From an uncultured Dehalococcoidia bacterium (GTDB lineage Bacteria > Chloroflexota > Dehalococcoidia > UBA2247 > RBG-13-53-26): a DNA stretch of 64,000 nucleotides. Where the stretch lies: positions 26,919-90,918 of the forward strand of contig CAZBJX010000003.1 in assembly GCA_964492335.1 (NCBI GenBank). The letters are read 5' to 3'. Of the stretch, positions 62,562 to 64,000 are shown piece by piece. The notes below the pieces were generated by a model. The model was not told the origin of the DNA. It did not search any database and saw only the letters and a program-made list of their open reading frames with translations. Both the position numbers and the translations under genes were made by a program. The first letter of the stretch is position 1. Every line of letters begins with the position of its first letter.

Positions 62562-64000
62562 ATGGAAGATAAGCGCACTGGGACAGGCCTTGGCATCCGG
62601 GTGCTCTCTGTCGTCCACCCGGTGCTCTTCGCCGCCCTGCCCATCCTCTTTCTGTATGCCCAGAACACGGGCGAGGTGTCCGGCAGCCAGGTCCGCAAGC
62701 CCCTGCTGTGGTCCGTGCTGGGGGCGGCCGGCCTGTGGCTCCTGCTGAGGCCCCTGATGAAGGACCCGGTGCGCACGGGCGTGGCCACGTCTATGTGCGT
62801 GGTGCTCTTCTTCTCCTACGGCCGGCTGTACGATGCCCTGTCGGGCTGGGGCCTTTTCGAGCCCCGGCACTGCTATCTGTTCCCGGCCATGCTGCTGCTG
62901 CTCGGCTACGGCATCTACTTCATCAGGGCCTTGAGGGCCAACTGGAGCAAGCCGGCCAGGGTGATGAGCGTGGTGGCCGTGGTGCTGGTCCTGGTGAACG
63001 TTGTCGGCGCGTCATGGAGCGCCCGCGGCCAGGGGCTGTCGACGGATAGTGGGCCCGGCCTTCAGGAGGTGGCCGCGACGGAGCCCGGTGAAGCAGGGAC
63101 CATGCCGGACATCTACTACATCATCCTCGACGAATACGCGCACCCGGACACCATGATGGAGTACTACGATCACGACAACTCCGGGTTCTTCGACGCCCTG
63201 GCCGGCATGGGGTTCTTCGTGGCCTCCGGCAGCCGCTCCTCCTACAATGTGACCCAGTGGTCGCTGGCGGCGTCGCTCAACATGGAGTACCTGCCCGCCG
63301 GGTCCTACCACCAGGAAGCCTGTGACAGAATGGCCCGCGGCACGGTGGTCAGCCTGCTCAAGTCGCTGGGGTACAGGTATGTCTACTCCGGGGTGTGGTT
63401 CACCCAGGAAGAGGTCGGCGCTGACGTCTTCTACAACTTCTACCGCCAGCCCGACGGCGGCTCGGTGGTCAGCGACCTGTCCCGGACGCTGTGGAACACC
63501 ACCATGGCCCGGCCGTTCTATGACTACCTGACGGGGGACACGTACATGGGCCGCTTCCGGTCCTCGATAGCCGACCAGATAGAGTGCCTGAAGGCCATGC
63601 CCGATGTCGAGGGGCCCAAGTTCGTGTTCACCCACATCCTGTGCCCGCATGACCCCTTCGGTTTCGGCCCCAACGGGGAGCCGGTGGACCCGGCCAGGGC
63701 CTTTGACTACCAGGACAAGGAGCTGTACCTGGGCCAGTACATCTACATCACGCGGCAGATCCAAGAGGTGGTGGCCGGCATACTGGAGCGGTCGGCCACC
63801 GAGCCCATCATCATCCTCCAGTCGGACCACGGGTTGAGGCAGCACATCGGCCTGGAGATCGACGGGAATGAGTGGCGCAAGATCCTCAATGCCTATTACC
63901 TGCCCGGCGATGGCGCGCAGGCGCTGTATGACTCCATATCACCGGTCAATTCCTTTCGGGTGATATTCGACCGCTATTTCGGGACCGACTACGGTCTGCT
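62562..64000 (+). CDS. membrane-anchored sulfatase/alkaline-phosphatase-superfamily protein (LTA-synthase/phosphoglycerol-transferase-like), 3' end beyond window
   Basis: Manual translation from ATG 62562: MEDKRTGTGLGIRVLSVVHPVLFAALPILFLYAQ... (5 TM) then PDIYYIILDEYAHPD...SYNVTQWSLAASLNMEY...ILQSDHG. Absent from ORF track because it has no stop in the window. Confidence 0.65.
   Translation, partial: MEDKRTGTGLGIRVLSVVHPVLFAALPILFLYAQNTGEVSGSQVRKPLLWSVLGAAGLWLLLRPLMKDPVRTGVATSMCVVLFFSYGRLYDALSGWGLFEPRHCYLFPAMLLLLGYGIYFIRALRANWSKPARVMSVVAVVLVLVNVVGASWSARGQGLSTDSGPGLQEVAATEPGEAGTMPDIYYIILDEYAHPDTMMEYYDHDNSGFFDALAGMGFFVASGSRSSYNVTQWSLAASLNMEYLPAGSYHQEACDRMARGTVVSLLKSLGYRYVYSGVWFTQEEVGADVFYNFYRQPDGGSVVSDLSRTLWNTTMARPFYDYLTGDTYMGRFRSSIADQIECLKAMPDVEGPKFVFTHILCPHDPFGFGPNGEPVDPARAFDYQDKELYLGQYIYITRQIQEVVAGILERSATEPIIILQSDHGLRQHIGLEIDGNEWRKILNAYYLPGDGAQALYDSISPVNSFRVIFDRYFGTDYGL

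Overview
High-GC (~68%) bacterial chromosomal segment, gene-dense on both strands. The left ~23 kb and right ~14 kb are conserved housekeeping core; the middle ~25 kb is a cell-surface glycosylation / surface-protein island.

Left core (1..23.3 kb):
- Minus-strand run: hisC (5' end only), holB, acpP, nusB, fabD, rpmF, yceD, ispH, plsC.
- Crotonase, a tandem-duplicated hisG plus hisZ, and a small hypothetical ORF.
- rnhA followed directly by RNase P RNA, preceded by a zinc-ribbon DUF164 gene.
- aspS, tig, clpP1, clpP2.
- PurN-like formyltransferase, PHP phosphoesterase, M24 peptidase, aroQ, topA, dprA.
- Two tRNA-Ser genes flanking 42-bp tandem repeats.

Middle island (~23.4..50.5 kb):
- ArsB/NhaD permease, O-antigen-ligase-like protein, Wzx flippase.
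- Glycosyltransferases: an ArnT/PMT-like GT-C, one GT4, two GT2.
- Two secreted proteins (Ycf48-like beta-propeller; beta-helix+PKD) sharing a W-rich C-terminal anchor.
- Two YfhO paralogs with a small membrane ORF between them.
- Hexapeptide acetyltransferase, DegT aminotransferase, gmd, gtrA, galE.
- Heptose pathway genes gmhA x2, hddA, gmhB.
- Two further genes (MBL-fold hydrolase, repeat-containing membrane protein) fill the stretch between gmhA2 and the tRNA cluster.

Right core (50.6..64 kb):
- tRNA-Thr / tRNA-Tyr / tRNA-Thr, then tuf, rpmG, secE, nusG, rplK, rplA.
- An inserted two-gene operon (HMG-CoA-synthase-like::DUF35 fusion plus thiolase) sitting between rplA and rplJ-rplL.
- MBL hydrolase, BioY, ABC-2 exporter, pcm, and a 3'-truncated sulfatase-like membrane protein.

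Other notes:
- The ORF track's 'M' starts can be TTG/GTG (e.g. aspS, tig), and ORFs running off the window ends are not listed.
- Many long ORFs antisense to the genes above are GC-skew artefacts and are not reported.
- No CRISPR arrays, transposases or integrases were seen.
- All functional assignments are from visible motifs and remembered family signatures, not database searches.
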